Shown: positions 38,866 through 48,996, numbered from the stretch's first letter. The stretch: DNA of 64,000 nucleotides from an uncultured Collinsella sp. (GCA_937966215.1 CALCKK010000039.1:4452-68451), one strand, 5' to 3'. Notes: generated from the sequence alone by a model not told the origin. Translations and numbers: made by a program.

Positions 38866-40308
38866 TTAATGGGTAGGTTCAGTGGAAGTGTTAGAGTCGG
38901 CAGGCACAATGCCAAGGATATGCTCCAGGGTATCGAGCAGCTCATGCGGCATGGTCGACACCACATGAACCTCGGCGCCGCGACTGGTAAGGCTTGCGAG
39001 TAAATCGTCCCGATGATACTCGTCAAGCGTCATGCCGTCAGCGTTGAACATGAGCTTAGGCACAAAGAGCATAACCCCCGACAGATCTTGGGGCAGCTGC
39101 TCCAAGATGTCACACGCGACGATGAGGCCGGTCACGTCCACGTTGCCGCCAAAGTAGCGGTTCTTGATGGCCGTGACAGTGCCGGCGAGTCCCTGGGGCG
39201 ACTCCACAAAGCGGGCCACCGTGTCGCGTGCGCTGGCGCCCGAGAGGCACAGCAAATGCTGGCTGCGGGCGGCGATGGCCTCGCGGACGCGGGCCAGACG
39301 CTCGGTATAGGCGGCAAGCACGTCGTCGGTCTCGTCTAGATACGAGCGGATCATGCCGATGCCGTCGTAGTACTGCGGGTAACCGTCGTAAAAGTCTGCC
39401 TCTGGAGGATCGATGCCGGCGTCCAGATAGAACTCGTCGCTCATCTGGAAGGTGTGGCGGCCAAAGCGCTCATAGGCGCGGTCCTGGAACGGTCGGATCA
39501 TGGCAATGGTCTCGCGCGCCAGTTCGGGCTTGTCGCTGTATGACCAGCTAAAGCGGTTTTGGTGTTTGGTAAAACCGAGCGGCACAATGCCCAGGCTTGT
39601 GATTTGCTCGTGCTCCTCGCAAAAGCGCAGGGTCTTTTCCAGCTCCTCGCCGTCGTTCATGCCGGGGCACAACACGATCTGCGCGTGAATCTCGATGCCG
39701 GCGGCCATGATGGTCTCGAGTACGTCCATGCCTCGCTGGGCGTTACGGCCCATCATACGACGGCGGACGTCGGGGCTCACAGCGTGGACCGACACGTTCA
39801 TGGGACTCATGTTGCGCTGGATGACGTTTTGCACGTCCTCGTCGGTGAGGTTCGTAAGCGTGACAAAGTTGCCTTGCAAAAAGCTTAGGCGATAGTCGTC
39901 GTCGCGAATGTAGAGCGTGGAGCGGCCACCCTTGGGCAGCATCGTCATAAAGCAGAACACGCAGGCGTTGACGCAGGTACGCATGCCATCGAAGATAGGG
40001 CCATCGAACTCAAGGCCCCAGTCCTCTCCCGGGAAGCGGTCGAGCTCGACGGAGGTGACGGTGCCGTCGCGCGGGTCGAATACCTCCAAATCAACGGTGT
40101 CGTCGTCGGCCTCCCAAAGCCATACGATCATGTCGGTGAGCGCCTCACCGTTGACCGTGAGCACGCGCATGCCCGGCTCGATACCCACATCCCATGCGGG
40201 CGATTCGGGACGCACATTCTTAACGAGCGCGCCCTCACCCGGCTCGGGGTCGCGGCTGCGCCCGTAATCGGCCACCTCGGCGGCGTATGCGGGTACGGTC
40301 TGGTCCAT
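38866..40308 (-). CDS. DUF512 domain protein (PDZ plus radical-SAM-like)
   Basis: PDZ-like N-terminus (VRPESPAWDVGIEPGMRVLTVNGE), Cys cluster CVNACVFCFM and DDDYRLSFLQGNFVTLTNL. Start at ATG 40308, just after the ispH stop. Confidence 0.8.
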   Translation of the reverse strand: MDQTVPAYAAEVADYGRSRDPEPGEGALVKNVRPESPAWDVGIEPGMRVLTVNGEALTDMIVWLWEADDDTVDLEVFDPRDGTVTSVELDRFPGEDWGLEFDGPIFDGMRTCVNACVFCFMTMLPKGGRSTLYIRDDDYRLSFLQGNFVTLTNLTDEDVQNVIQRNMSPMNVSVHAVSPDVRRRMMGRNAQRGMDVLETIMAAGIEIHAQIVLCPGMNDGEELEKTLRFCEEHEQITSLGIVPLGFTKHQNRFSWSYSDKPELARETIAMIRPFQDRAYERFGRHTFQMSDEFYLDAGIDPPEADFYDGYPQYYDGIGMIRSYLDETDDVLAAYTERLARVREAIAARSQHLLCLSGASARDTVARFVESPQGLAGTVTAIKNRYFGGNVDVTGLIVACDILEQLPQDLSGVMLFVPKLMFNADGMTLDEYHRDDLLASLTSRGAEVHVVSTMPHELLDTLEHILGIVPADSNTSTEPTH

Positions 40309-40310
40309 GG

Positions 40311-41210
40311 TTAGCGGCAAAGCTCCTTGATGCGCTCGACGGCGCGCTCGATGTGTTCTTGCGGGGTGGAGGCTCCGGCAGTGATGCCGATGTGGCGCGC
40401 GTTGGCAAACCATGCGGCCTGGAGCTCGGAAGCTTCCTCGATGTGATACGTGCGCTCGCAGGCGTCTGCGCAAATCTGCGCCAGGCGGCGCGTGTTGCCC
40501 GAGTTCTTGCCGCCCACGACGACCATGCAGTCGCAGCGGTTAGCAAGTGCGGCGGCTGCCTGCTGGCGCTCGCTCGTGGCTGCGCAGATGGTGTTGATCA
40601 CGCGTAGTTCCTGCACGCGCGGGGTGATGGCAGCCACAACCTCGGCGAGGTTCTGCGCGGTCTGGGTGGTCTGCACGACGAGGCCCACCTTGCCCTTGAG
40701 CGACAAGGCGTTGGCGTCGGCGGCACAGCTCACGACCTGCGCGTCATCGCCGGCGTGACCCAGAATGCCCTCGACCTCGGGATGCCCCGGCTCACCCACG
40801 ACGAGTACGCGATAGCCCTCGCGCACCAGCCGCTCGGCGGCCACGTGGACCTTCTTGACGTAAGGGCAGGTGGCGTCGATCACGTTGAGGCCGCGCTTGC
40901 GGGCAGCATCGATGACCTGCGGCACCACGCCGTGGGCGCGGATGATCACGGTGCCGGTTGCTGCGTCGTCCAGGGTTTCGGCCAAGCCAACGCCTGCCTC
41001 AGCGAGCTCGCGTACCACGATGGGGTTATGGATGAGCGGACCCAAGGTATGGACCTGAGTGCACTCTCCTGCCTGCGGCGCGGCCGCCAGCGCCATATCG
41101 AGCGCACGCTGTACGCCGTAGCAAGTGCCGGCGTGGGCGGCGATCTCGATTGTCGGCGCGGTTGCCTGGTCGGACGTAGCCGCGGCGGTGTTCGTCACGT
41201 TCTCGCTCAT
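40311..41210 (-). CDS. ispH: 4-hydroxy-3-methylbut-2-enyl diphosphate reductase
   Basis: GTCYGVQRAL, GPLIHNPIVV, TCPYVKKVH and a C-terminal GASTP motif. Confidence 0.92.
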   Translation of the reverse strand: MSENVTNTAAATSDQATAPTIEIAAHAGTCYGVQRALDMALAAAPQAGECTQVHTLGPLIHNPIVVRELAEAGVGLAETLDDAATGTVIIRAHGVVPQVIDAARKRGLNVIDATCPYVKKVHVAAERLVREGYRVLVVGEPGHPEVEGILGHAGDDAQVVSCAADANALSLKGKVGLVVQTTQTAQNLAEVVAAITPRVQELRVINTICAATSERQQAAAALANRCDCMVVVGGKNSGNTRRLAQICADACERTYHIEEASELQAAWFANARHIGITAGASTPQEHIERAVERIKELCR

Positions 41211-41212
41211 GG

Positions 41213-41941
41213 CTAGAACCTGCCCGGATGCTCGGCGCACAGCTCGTCTCGCATGGCGTAGACGCGGTTCATGGCCTCGGATTCAAACCAGGCCAAGCGC
41301 TCCGTGCGTTTAAGCCCGGCCGGTGCGTCGGAAAGTGAGACGGCCTTGCCGGCACGAATCCAGCACTTCTTGGGACGCATGAGCTTTTTGCCCGCGGGCG
41401 TGATGTCGGACCAGCCACAGATGGCGAGCGGGTTGACGGGCGCCTTGCCCATCTGGGCGATGAGCGCAAAGCCGCCGTGGACCTCGGGCTTGATCTCGCG
41501 CGAGCGGATGCGCGTGCCCTCGGGGAAGATCAGAACGTCCTCGCCGCGCTGCAGCGCATGCTGGGCGGCACGCAAGCACTTCATATCGGCAGTACCACGC
41601 TCCACGGGGATGCCGCCCACGCGGCTAAAGGCCCAGCGCACAATCTTGCTCTTGGCGAACTCGGACTTAAAGATGGGGCGAATGCGGCGGCCCCCAAAGA
41701 ACAGCGCCGTCTCCACGGCCAGGAGCTCGGCCATCGAGGTGTGGTTGCAGATGACCACGCTGCCGCGGCCTTCCTGGCGCTCAAACAGAAGATTGGCGTC
41801 CTCGACCTTCCAGCGCCACATGAGCTTGGAGAAAGCCCAAAGGATGGCCATGACTACGACGACGGTGCCGCGGATCAGCGCTGGAAACTCGGCGTAGGGG
41901 GCGTTGTAATAGTCCTCGGGCGTCTGCTTAAACAGGCGCAT
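41213..41941 (-). CDS. plsC: 1-acyl-sn-glycerol-3-phosphate acyltransferase
   Basis: Acyltransferase block I NHTSMAE (the usual Asp is Glu here) and block III FPEGTR. Confidence 0.82.
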   Translation of the reverse strand: MRLFKQTPEDYYNAPYAEFPALIRGTVVVVMAILWAFSKLMWRWKVEDANLLFERQEGRGSVVICNHTSMAELLAVETALFFGGRRIRPIFKSEFAKSKIVRWAFSRVGGIPVERGTADMKCLRAAQHALQRGEDVLIFPEGTRIRSREIKPEVHGGFALIAQMGKAPVNPLAICGWSDITPAGKKLMRPKKCWIRAGKAVSLSDAPAGLKRTERLAWFESEAMNRVYAMRDELCAEHPGRF

Positions 41942-41944
41942 GGG

Positions 41945-42631
41945 CTACCTCCTTTGGTTGATGAGGTCCTCGATGATACGAACGACCTCGTCGATGGTGT
42001 GGGCGGTGGAGTCGATGTGCACGGCGTCCTCGGCGGGCACGAGCGGGGCGACCTCGCGACTACTGTCGAGCTTGTCGCGCTGCTTAAGGGCGTCGAGGGT
42101 CTCATCGACCTCAGCCTCGAGCTGCTCGGACGTGAGCGGCTGGGCATCGTTTTGGTGACGCTGAAGCACGCGGCGGCGGGCGCGCTCGCGCGGGTCGGCG
42201 GTTAGGAAGACCTTGACCTGCGCGTTAGGGAACACGACGGTTCCGATGTCGCGACCCTCGGCCACGATATCGCGGTCCTCGGCTGCGCGGCGCTGGTGGA
42301 TGAGCATGGCGGTGCGCACGCCCGGGTAGGCCGAGACCTTGGACACGTTGGCGTCGACCTGCGGGGTACGAATGGCGGCCGAAGCGTCCTGGCCGTCGAT
42401 GGTCAGGCGCGTGTCCTCGCCGGTACCGTTGGTAAAGCGGATCTCGATTTGCTCGGCGAGGGCGTCGATTGCCGCCTCGTCGTCCAAATCGATGCCGCGG
42501 TCGAGCGCGGCGAAGGTGACGGCGCGATACATGGCACCCGTGTCGAGCTTGTTAAAGCCAAGCTGGCGGGCGATCTCCTTGGCGATAGTGGACTTGCCGG
42601 AACCGGCGGGGCCGTCGATGGCGACGATCAT
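41945..42631 (-). CDS. cmk: Cytidylate kinase
   Basis: MIVAIDGPAGSGKSTIAKEIA and GRDIGTVVFP. Start at Met97 of the tracked ORF (ATG 42631), preceded by gaaaggaag. Confidence 0.93.
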   Translation of the reverse strand: MIVAIDGPAGSGKSTIAKEIARQLGFNKLDTGAMYRAVTFAALDRGIDLDDEAAIDALAEQIEIRFTNGTGEDTRLTIDGQDASAAIRTPQVDANVSKVSAYPGVRTAMLIHQRRAAEDRDIVAEGRDIGTVVFPNAQVKVFLTADPRERARRRVLQRHQNDAQPLTSEQLEAEVDETLDALKQRDKLDSSREVAPLVPAEDAVHIDSTAHTIDEVVRIIEDLINQRR

Positions 42632-42698
42632 GCAATGCTTCCTTTCGATGGTTGACGTGCTGGTATGGTTCGCGGGCGCTGGGGGCACGGCGGGTTGT

Positions 42699-43628
42699 CT
42701 AGCCCGTGTAGCGCTCGCGGTAGGTGTTGCGCTTGGGTGCGGAGCCGTGGCTACCGTGGTGACGCGTGCGACTGGCGGGCGTGTCTTGGGGCTTGCCGCC
42801 GTTTCGCTTGTCGATCGCCTGCTTGGGCGGGATGCCACCGGCCTTGAGGATCTGCACCTCGCGGTCGGTGAGCTCGCGCCACGAGCCCTTGGCCACGCCC
42901 TCGAGCTCAAGGCCGGCAAAGTTGCAGCGGTGCAGGCGGATCACCGGATGGTGAATCTTGCTCAGCATGCGCTTGACCTGGTTCTTGCGCCCCTCGCGGA
43001 TGATGACCTCCACGGCGGTGGTGCCGGGCTTGATGCCTTGGGGAGCTACGGCCTCGGCCTCGCGCGCGTTGATGACGCGGCAGATCGCCGGCTGGCACAG
43101 GCCGTCGTCGAGCTCGATGCCACGGCGGAGTGGGTCTAGATCGCGGTCGGACAGCTGCCCGTTCACGAGTGCCTGGTAGGTCTTGTAGACGTGCTTGCTG
43201 GGGTGCAGCAGGTCCTGCGACAGGTCGCCGTCGGTGGTAAAGAGCAAAAGGCCCGTGGTGTCGCGGTCCAGGCGGCCCACCGGGAAAAGTCCCGGAAAGC
43301 GGTCGCGGGGGACCAGGTCGGCCACGCAAGGGCGCTCCTGCGGATCGCTCATGGTGGTGAGGTAGCCGGTCGGCTTGTAGAGCATCAGGTACACGGCGCC
43401 CTGGTTGAGCTTGACGGGCATGCCGTCGACCTCGATATGGTCGCGGTCGACGTCGACCTTGGTACCTAGTTCGGTCGCGACCTGGCCGTTGACGGTCACG
43501 CGGCCGGCGGTCATCAGGTCCTCCGAGCCGCGGCGGCTCGCCACGCCCGCACGCGCCAAAAAGCGCTGCAGGCGCATGGTGTGCGGATAGACGGGCTGGG
43601 TGTCGGTTGCGGGTATTGCGTTGCCCAT
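42699..43628 (-). CDS. rluB: rRNA pseudouridine synthase (RluB/RsuA family)
   Basis: S4 domain MRLQRFLARAGVASRRGSEDL, catalytic GRLDRDTTGLLL and a basic C-terminal tail. The start is uncertain (43628 or 43664). Confidence 0.87.
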   Translation of the reverse strand: MGNAIPATDTQPVYPHTMRLQRFLARAGVASRRGSEDLMTAGRVTVNGQVATELGTKVDVDRDHIEVDGMPVKLNQGAVYLMLYKPTGYLTTMSDPQERPCVADLVPRDRFPGLFPVGRLDRDTTGLLLFTTDGDLSQDLLHPSKHVYKTYQALVNGQLSDRDLDPLRRGIELDDGLCQPAICRVINAREAEAVAPQGIKPGTTAVEVIIREGRKNQVKRMLSKIHHPVIRLHRCNFAGLELEGVAKGSWRELTDREVQILKAGGIPPKQAIDKRNGGKPQDTPASRTRHHGSHGSAPKRNTYRERYTG

Positions 43629-43650
43629 GGCGCGCGTCTCCCCTACTTCG

Positions 43651-44379
43651 TTAGTCCTCGTCATGCAAATCCTCCGAGGTCTCGTCGACGACCAGGGTCT
43701 CCAAGTTCTCGACTGCCTCAACATCTTCAACATCGGTATCGAGCAGTTCGCGCTCTTCGTCCAGGTCCTCAGCCTGCTCCTCGAGCGTGGACTGAATACT
43801 GCGGCCGCTCAGGCGCTCGCGGATAAACTGACGCGACTGTTCGTCGGGGGCAAACTGCTCCAGGTCGGGCAGGTCGCGGGTGGAGCGCAGACCGAACTTT
43901 TCCAAGAAGGCGTTGGTCGTGCCGTAGATAATGGCTTGACCGCGCTGGGGGTCGCGGCCGAGCTCGCGCACCAGGCCCTTGTCGACGAGCGACGCGATGA
44001 CGCCGTCGGAATTGACGCCGCGGATGCCCTTGACCACCTCGCGCGTCACAGGCTGGTGGTATGCGATGACGGCCAGGGTTTCGAGCGCCGCTTGCGACAG
44101 CTTTTGCGTGTCCCAGCTCAACACATAGGCCTCGACTACGTCGTGGTAGGCGGGGTGCGTAAACAGGCGCCAGCCGCCGGCGACCTCGCGCAGCTGAAAG
44201 CCGCGGTTGGCCTCCTCGTACTCAACCTTGAGCTCGGCGAGCAGCGACGCGCATTCGCCGGGGGCGATATCCAGCGCACCTGCCAGCGCGGGCGCGCTCA
44301 CCGGGTCGCTCGACACCAGCAGCAGCGCCTCGAGGGCGCCTTTGAGGCTGTTTGCCTCCAGCGTTGAAAGGGTTGACAT
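43651..44379 (-). CDS. scpB: Segregation and condensation protein B
   Basis: ALLLVSSDPVS...LAVIAYHQPVTREVVKGIRGVNSDGVIASLVDKGLV, two winged helices and an acidic tail. Confidence 0.9.
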   Translation of the reverse strand: MSTLSTLEANSLKGALEALLLVSSDPVSAPALAGALDIAPGECASLLAELKVEYEEANRGFQLREVAGGWRLFTHPAYHDVVEAYVLSWDTQKLSQAALETLAVIAYHQPVTREVVKGIRGVNSDGVIASLVDKGLVRELGRDPQRGQAIIYGTTNAFLEKFGLRSTRDLPDLEQFAPDEQSRQFIRERLSGRSIQSTLEEQAEDLDEERELLDTDVEDVEAVENLETLVVDETSEDLHDED

Positions 44380-44390
44380 GGTTGCGGCTC

Positions 44391-45203
44391 CTATTCGGTG
44401 AGCTCGGGGCCCTTGCCGGGCACGTATGCCTCGGCGCCCTCGACTCGGTTGATGCAGATGGTTCCGAAGATCTCGTCCTGGCTCAGCGTGAGCGAGCCGC
44501 GCTTGGCGAGCTCGAGCATGGCCAGGAAGGTGACGACGAGCTGCTCGGTGGTGGCGTCGCCGTCCAGCAGCTCACGGAAGGTGCAGGTTTGGTGTGCCAT
44601 GGTAAAGCGATCGACCGAGGCCACGGTCAGGTCGAGCGGCACACGATGCGGCGCCACGTGCTCGGCTTCCAGCAAGAAGGTCTGTCGCTTGCCGTCAAGG
44701 TCGGCACAGATGACGGCCAGACCGCGCAGGGTGATGCCGGCCAGGTAGTCGGGCATGAGCCCCAGGAACTCGGGGTCGGGGCCGGCCACACGCGGGTGCA
44801 TGCGGCTTTCGGCCTGCATGCGGGCACCGAGGGCCGCAGCCGCGCCTTTAAACTGCTTGTAGGCAATCAGGCGCTGGATCAGGACCTCGCGCAAGGCGTC
44901 GCCGTCGAGCGCGCTGAGTTCCTCGAGGTCTTCGTCGAACTCGTCATCGTCGTCATCGACTTTGCGCGGGGCCTCCTGCGGCACCAGAGAGGCGGCCTTG
45001 ATGTCCAGAAGGGTTGCCGCGACCAGCAGAAAGTCGCTCGCCACGTCCAGGTCCAGCGCCTCGATGCGCTCCACCTCGGCAAGGTACTGCTCGGCCACCT
45101 CGCTGATGGAGATGGCGCCGATATCTACTTTTTGGCGGGTTACCAGCTGCAGCAACAGGTCGAACGGCCCGCTGTAGACCTGAGTCGACACGCGATACGA
45201 CAT
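44391..45203 (-). CDS. scpA: Segregation and condensation protein A
   Basis: YSGPFDLLLQLVTRQKVDIGAISISEVAEQY and a C-terminal FLAMLELAK motif. Confidence 0.9.
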   Translation of the reverse strand: MSYRVSTQVYSGPFDLLLQLVTRQKVDIGAISISEVAEQYLAEVERIEALDLDVASDFLLVAATLLDIKAASLVPQEAPRKVDDDDDEFDEDLEELSALDGDALREVLIQRLIAYKQFKGAAAALGARMQAESRMHPRVAGPDPEFLGLMPDYLAGITLRGLAVICADLDGKRQTFLLEAEHVAPHRVPLDLTVASVDRFTMAHQTCTFRELLDGDATTEQLVVTFLAMLELAKRGSLTLSQDEIFGTICINRVEGAEAYVPGKGPELTE

Positions 45204-45287
45204 CTTCGACCTCCTTTGACGGCGCCTTCGCGGCGCGGTTTGGGTGCATGTTGCGACCGTTTTGCGCGGTCGACCTGTAAGTTTACC

Positions 45288-45971
45288 TTAGATGCCGGCG
45301 ATTGCGAAGTTGAGCAGCTGCTCAGCAAGCGGATACACGGTAACGTCGAAATAGCGGCCGATCACATCGATGCCGGTCCACATGGGCAGTAGATACAGCA
45401 CAATGATGAGGATGGGCATAGCGTATTGCTGCAGACGGTAATAATTGTTGAGCGCCTTGCCTTTGAGGAACGGCACGATGATCGACGAGCCATCGAGCGG
45501 CGGGATCGGGACGAGGTTAAAGAACGCGAGCGACAGGTTGACTACGATAAACGTGGCGCCGAAGTTCATGATCTGTGACGCCAGGGCAAAGGACATGTTG
45601 GTATAGAGGCTGCCATATGCCGCGTGCATGAGGGCGGCAGCGAGGCACGCGAGCGAGATGTTCGATGCGGGGCCGGCTACGCTCACCAGGACCTCGTCGC
45701 GCTTGGGGTGCTTGAGGTTGTTGAGGTAGACGGGCACGGGTTTGGCGAAGGCGAACACTGGGCCGCCGGCCGCGAGCATGAGCAGCGGCAGGATGATGGT
45801 GCCAAACGGGTCGATATGGTTAAGCGGGTTGAGCGACACGCGGCCGCGCGAACGGGCCGTCTTGTCGCCGAGCGCCCAGGCCGCGGCGGCGTGTGCGCTC
45901 TCGTGGATCACGATGCCCACGATGACGGCGACGGCGCTGGCGAGCAGGTTCATGAGGTAGCTGCTGGACAT
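45288..45971 (-). CDS. Site-2 protease family (M50) membrane metalloprotease
   Basis: HExxH in a TM helix (IHESAHAAAAWALG), NLVPIPPLDGS and multiple TM helices. Confidence 0.8.
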   Translation of the reverse strand: MSSSYLMNLLASAVAVIVGIVIHESAHAAAAWALGDKTARSRGRVSLNPLNHIDPFGTIILPLLMLAAGGPVFAFAKPVPVYLNNLKHPKRDEVLVSVAGPASNISLACLAAALMHAAYGSLYTNMSFALASQIMNFGATFIVVNLSLAFFNLVPIPPLDGSSIIVPFLKGKALNNYYRLQQYAMPILIIVLYLLPMWTGIDVIGRYFDVTVYPLAEQLLNFAIAGI

Positions 45972-45980
45972 GGCGCTCCC

Positions 45981-46247
45981 CTAGCGGACGCGACGCGAGG
46001 CGCGCGTGAGCAGGTAGTCGGCCACAAACAGGATGACGGCCACGATGGCGTAATCCAAGCGGAACACGCCGCCAAAGGGCGATGTGATGACGCCGTAGCC
46101 GGCGATGGCGCTCGGCAGTGCGCGCGAAAGCTCGACGACAAAGCCCACAATCTGCAGCTTGGCGGTCAGGCCGCTAAAGCACAGCAGCACGGTCATCGCG
46201 CTCATAAAGATGCCGCAGATGCGACAGGCGATGGCGATGATGCTCAT
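45981..46247 (-). CDS. Small membrane protein (about 88 aa), function unknown
   Basis: Three predicted hydrophobic helices begin at MSIIAIACRICGIFMSAMTVLL. The longer tracked ORF would overlap the ABC-F 3' end, so the internal Met is preferred. Confidence 0.4.
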   Translation of the reverse strand: MSIIAIACRICGIFMSAMTVLLCFSGLTAKLQIVGFVVELSRALPSAIAGYGVITSPFGGVFRLDYAIVAVILFVADYLLTRASRRVR

Positions 46248-46263
46248 CGCCACGGCAGCGGCC

Positions 46264-48297
46264 TTACGAGAGTTCACGCGCGGTCTCCTCTTCGATCTGG
46301 GCGGAAAGCTCCAGCCATTCGTCCTCGAGCTTGGGTAGCTCTTGCTTAAGGCCGTTATATTCCCCCAGCGCGGCGTTGAACTTATCCTGATCGGCATAAA
46401 GTTCTTCGCTCGCCATCAATTCCATAAGCTCGTCATAGCGGGCGCGCTTTTTGTCGAGCTCCGTCTCGATCTTCTTGAGCTGGTTACGCACGCCCTTGAG
46501 CTTTTTGTTGAGCGCAGCGCGGGCTTGGGCCTCGGCGCGCTTTTGCTCCTTGGTCTTTTTGCCCTCGGCAGGCTTGGGGGCGGCGACGGGGGTGTCGGCC
46601 TGGGCAGCGCTGGCCTTGGTGGACTTGGTCGTGGCCGGCGCGCTCTCCGTGGACGCCTCGGCGGCGGCGCGGGCCGCGAGGTCCTCACGCTTGTAGAGGT
46701 AGTAGTCGTAGTCGCCGTCGTAGACCGTGACCTTGCCGTCGCGAATGTCGATGATGCGGTTGGCCACGGCGCGCACCAGGTGCTCGTCGTGGCTGATCAG
46801 CACGATGGTGCCGGGGAAATTTTGCAGGGCGTTCTCGAGCATGTCCACCGAGTCGATGTCTAGGTGGTTGGTGGGCTCGTCCAGGCACAGGAGCGCCTCG
46901 GGTGCTACGAGCATCTTGGCGAGCGCCAGACGCGCCTTTTCGCCGCCGGAGAGGACGCGAACCTGCTTTTCGATTGCGTCGTTGTCGCTAAACAGGAAGG
47001 CGCCCAGCAGGCTGCGCTGCTGCGGCACGGTCCACTTGGGCGTGACGGTGTCAATCTCTTGCAGGACGGTATTGGACTCGGTCATGCCCTCGAGTGCGTG
47101 CTGGGCGTAGTAGGCTACGCCTACGTTGGTGCCCAGGTCCCGGGTGCCGGTGGTGGGCGGCTCCAGTCCGGCGATGATCTTCATGAGCGTGGACTTGCCG
47201 GCGCCGTTGGGGCCGACGAGCGCCACGTGCTCGCCGCGGTAGAGCTTGAGGTCGATATCGCTGTAGATGTGTTTGTTGCCGTAGGACTTGGAGACGCCCT
47301 CCAGGCCCACGACCATATCGCCGGAGCGCGGTGGGTCAGGGAACTTAAAGTCGATGTGCTTGTGGCCCTCGGGTAGGATGACAAGCTCCTTTTTGATCTG
47401 CTCGATCTTGCGGATGCGCTCCTGGGCCTGGGCTGCCTTGGTGGGCTTGTAGCGGAACTTGTCGACGAAGACCTGCATGTGGGCGATGTCGCGCTCCTGG
47501 GCGGCGCGCTTGGCGCGCATCTGCTCAAGGTTGTCCTCGCGCTGCTTGAGGTAGCTGCTGTAGTTGCCGGTGTAAGTGGTCACGCGACGATTTTCGAGTG
47601 CGGCGACGTGGTCGACGCAAGCGTCCATGAAGGCGCGGTCGTGGCTGACGATGAGGACGGCGCCGTCATAGTTGGCTATAAAGCCGCGCAGCCACTGGAC
47701 GCTTTCGAGGTCCAGGTGGTTAGTGGGCTCGTCCAGAAGCAGCAGGTCGGGATGGCGCAGGAAGAGCTTGGCGAGCGCGATGCGCATCTGCCAGCCGCCC
47801 GAGAACTCGGAGCACGGGCGCTCAAAGTCGGTGACCTTAAAGCCAAGGCCGGACAGGATCTTGCGGGCGTTGCTCTCGAGCTCGTAGCCGCCCAGGTGCT
47901 CAAAGCGGTCCTGGACCTGGCCGTACTCGTTAAGGAGCGCGTCAACGTCCTTGCCCTGTTCGGAGAGCTCAGTGATCTGGGCCTGCAGCTCGTTGGCGCG
48001 CTCGCCCATGCGGCGGATTTCCTTGGCGGCGGCCATGACCTCAGCGAGGATGGTGGTGTCCTTTTGTTCCAGATTAGTTTCCTGCTCTAGGTAGCCCACC
48101 TGGCAGTCCTTTGCGTACTGGACCTGGCCGGAGTCGGGACTGTCGATGCCCATGATGATTTTGAGCATGGTGGTTTTGCCGGCGCCGTTGGGGCCCACGA
48201 GCGCGAAGCGCTCGCCGGGGTTGATCTGGAAGGACGCGCCGCTAAAGAGGACGCGTGCGCCGAAGCTTTTTTCGATCTTGTCGACCAGGAGGATCAT
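46264..48297 (-). CDS. ABC-F family ATPase (translation-factor type, no TM domain)
   Basis: Two cassettes ([13 protein letters not shown] / LSGGWQMR; [13 protein letters not shown] / LSGGEKAR), an interdomain linker and a Lys/Ala/Glu-rich C-terminal coiled coil. Start [13 protein letters not shown] at ATG 48297. Confidence 0.93.
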   Translation of the reverse strand: MILLVDKIEKSFGARVLFSGASFQINPGERFALVGPNGAGKTTMLKIIMGIDSPDSGQVQYAKDCQVGYLEQETNLEQKDTTILAEVMAAAKEIRRMGERANELQAQITELSEQGKDVDALLNEYGQVQDRFEHLGGYELESNARKILSGLGFKVTDFERPCSEFSGGWQMRIALAKLFLRHPDLLLLDEPTNHLDLESVQWLRGFIANYDGAVLIVSHDRAFMDACVDHVAALENRRVTTYTGNYSSYLKQREDNLEQMRAKRAAQERDIAHMQVFVDKFRYKPTKAAQAQERIRKIEQIKKELVILPEGHKHIDFKFPDPPRSGDMVVGLEGVSKSYGNKHIYSDIDLKLYRGEHVALVGPNGAGKSTLMKIIAGLEPPTTGTRDLGTNVGVAYYAQHALEGMTESNTVLQEIDTVTPKWTVPQQRSLLGAFLFSDNDAIEKQVRVLSGGEKARLALAKMLVAPEALLCLDEPTNHLDIDSVDMLENALQNFPGTIVLISHDEHLVRAVANRIIDIRDGKVTVYDGDYDYYLYKREDLAARAAAEASTESAPATTKSTKASAAQADTPVAAPKPAEGKKTKEQKRAEAQARAALNKKLKGVRNQLKKIETELDKKRARYDELMELMASEELYADQDKFNAALGEYNGLKQELPKLEDEWLELSAQIEEETARELS

Positions 48298-48328
48298 GGT
48301 GCCGCCTTTGACCTTGTGTGCCAATATG

Positions 48329-48356
48329 AAAAAAGGCCCCAACTTGCGTTGGAGCC
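48329..48356 (-). terminator. Terminator downstream of tRNA-Ala copy A
   Basis: ggccccaac-ttgc-gttggagcc is preceded by aaaaaa on the plus strand, a U-run on the minus strand. The copy at 49151-49178 has a perfect stem. Confidence 0.65.
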
Positions 48357-48372
48357 TCATTCAATGCTCGGG

Positions 48373-48445
48373 TGGAGACGAGGGGGATCGAACCCCTGAC
48401 CTCTTGACTGCCAGTCAAGCGCTCTCCCAGCTGAGCTACGCCCCC
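48373..48445 (-). tRNA. tRNA-Ala (anticodon GGC), copy A
   Basis: The reverse complement GGGGGCGTAGCTCAGCTGGGAGAGCGCTTGACTGGCAGTCAAGAGGTCAGGGGTTCGATCCCCCTCGTCTCCA has the G3:U70 Ala identity pair. The anticodon loop is CU-GGC-AG. Confidence 0.92.
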
Positions 48446-48457
48446 GTGCGAAGAAGT

Positions 48458-48486
48458 ACTATACGGGAACTCGGACCACGATGCAA
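48458..48486 (-). promoter_or_regulatory. Candidate sigma70-type promoter of tRNA-Ala (repeated at 49280-49308)
   Basis: On the minus strand: TTGCAT, 17 nt, then TATAGT, with the -10 element ending 12 nt before the tRNA 5' end. Confidence 0.5.
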
Positions 48487-48635
48487 GGACAATTTTGGAA
48501 AAACTTTCCGGGGGCGCGGGCGCCGGAGTCCCGCGGGGCCGCGACGGCGGAGACCGGCGCCCGCGGGGCCGATGCGGGCGGGCGGCGCTGCCGCCGCCCG
48601 CCTATCAGGCTCCACTCCGGTCGCCCCCGGGATCC

Positions 48636-48799
48636 CCGCCACGAAACCGGCCCATCTACTACGTTTGGGCGACATCTCCCGACCATGGCGTCTCGGGCAG
48701 AAATAAAACCGCAGGTAGACGGCCTGCGGTTTTCGCGAAATACGGGGTATGGTCGAGGGGTCGGGGTTAAACGTAGTAGATGGGCCGGTTTCGTGGCGG
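48636..48799. repeat. 31-bp perfect inverted repeat enclosing about 100 bp with an internal terminator-like hairpin
   Basis: ccgccacgaaaccggcccatctactacgttt (48636-48666) pairs with aaacgtagtagatgggccggtttcgtggcgg (48769-48799). The internal hairpin aaccgcagg-tagacgg-cctgcggtt plus tt lies at 48707-48733. Confidence 0.85.
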
Positions 48800-48920
48800 C
48801 GGCATCGCAGGCAGCCGACCGAGGGCGTCCGGAAGTGAGCAAGCAGGCTATTTGCAAGTGAAAACTAATGCCATGAAAAAGAAAACAGGCCAGACATATT
48901 GCCTGACCTGTTGAAAAACC

Positions 48921-48996
48921 TGGTGGGCCCTCCGGGATTCGAACCCAGAACCCAGGGATTATGAGTCCCCTGCGCTAACCGTTGCGCCAAGAGCCC
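48921..48996 (-). tRNA. tRNA with CAT anticodon (elongator Met, or Ile2 if lysidinylated), CCA encoded
   Basis: The reverse complement GGGCTCTTGGCGCAACGGTTAGCGCAGGGGACTCATAATCCCTGGGTTCTGGGTTCGAATCCCGGAGGGCCCACCA has a G1-C72 pair, which argues against an initiator. Confidence 0.85.

Larger units (their letters stand above)
48273..48504. repeat. Direct repeat copy A (232 bp: ABC-F start, terminator, tRNA-Ala, promoter)
   Basis: Aligns base for base with 49095-49326 at an offset of 822 bp. There are 4 mismatches, all within the first 70 nt or so. The tRNA and its upstream region are identical. Confidence 0.9.

Noticed and set aside
48921-48996. The tRNA with a CAT anticodon as the initiator tRNA-fMet.
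   Set aside because: Positions 1 and 72 form a normal G-C pair instead of the bacterial initiator C1-A72 mismatch. The anticodon stem does not end with the canonical three consecutive G-C pairs next to the loop. It is therefore an elongator Met or a lysidine-modified Ile2.
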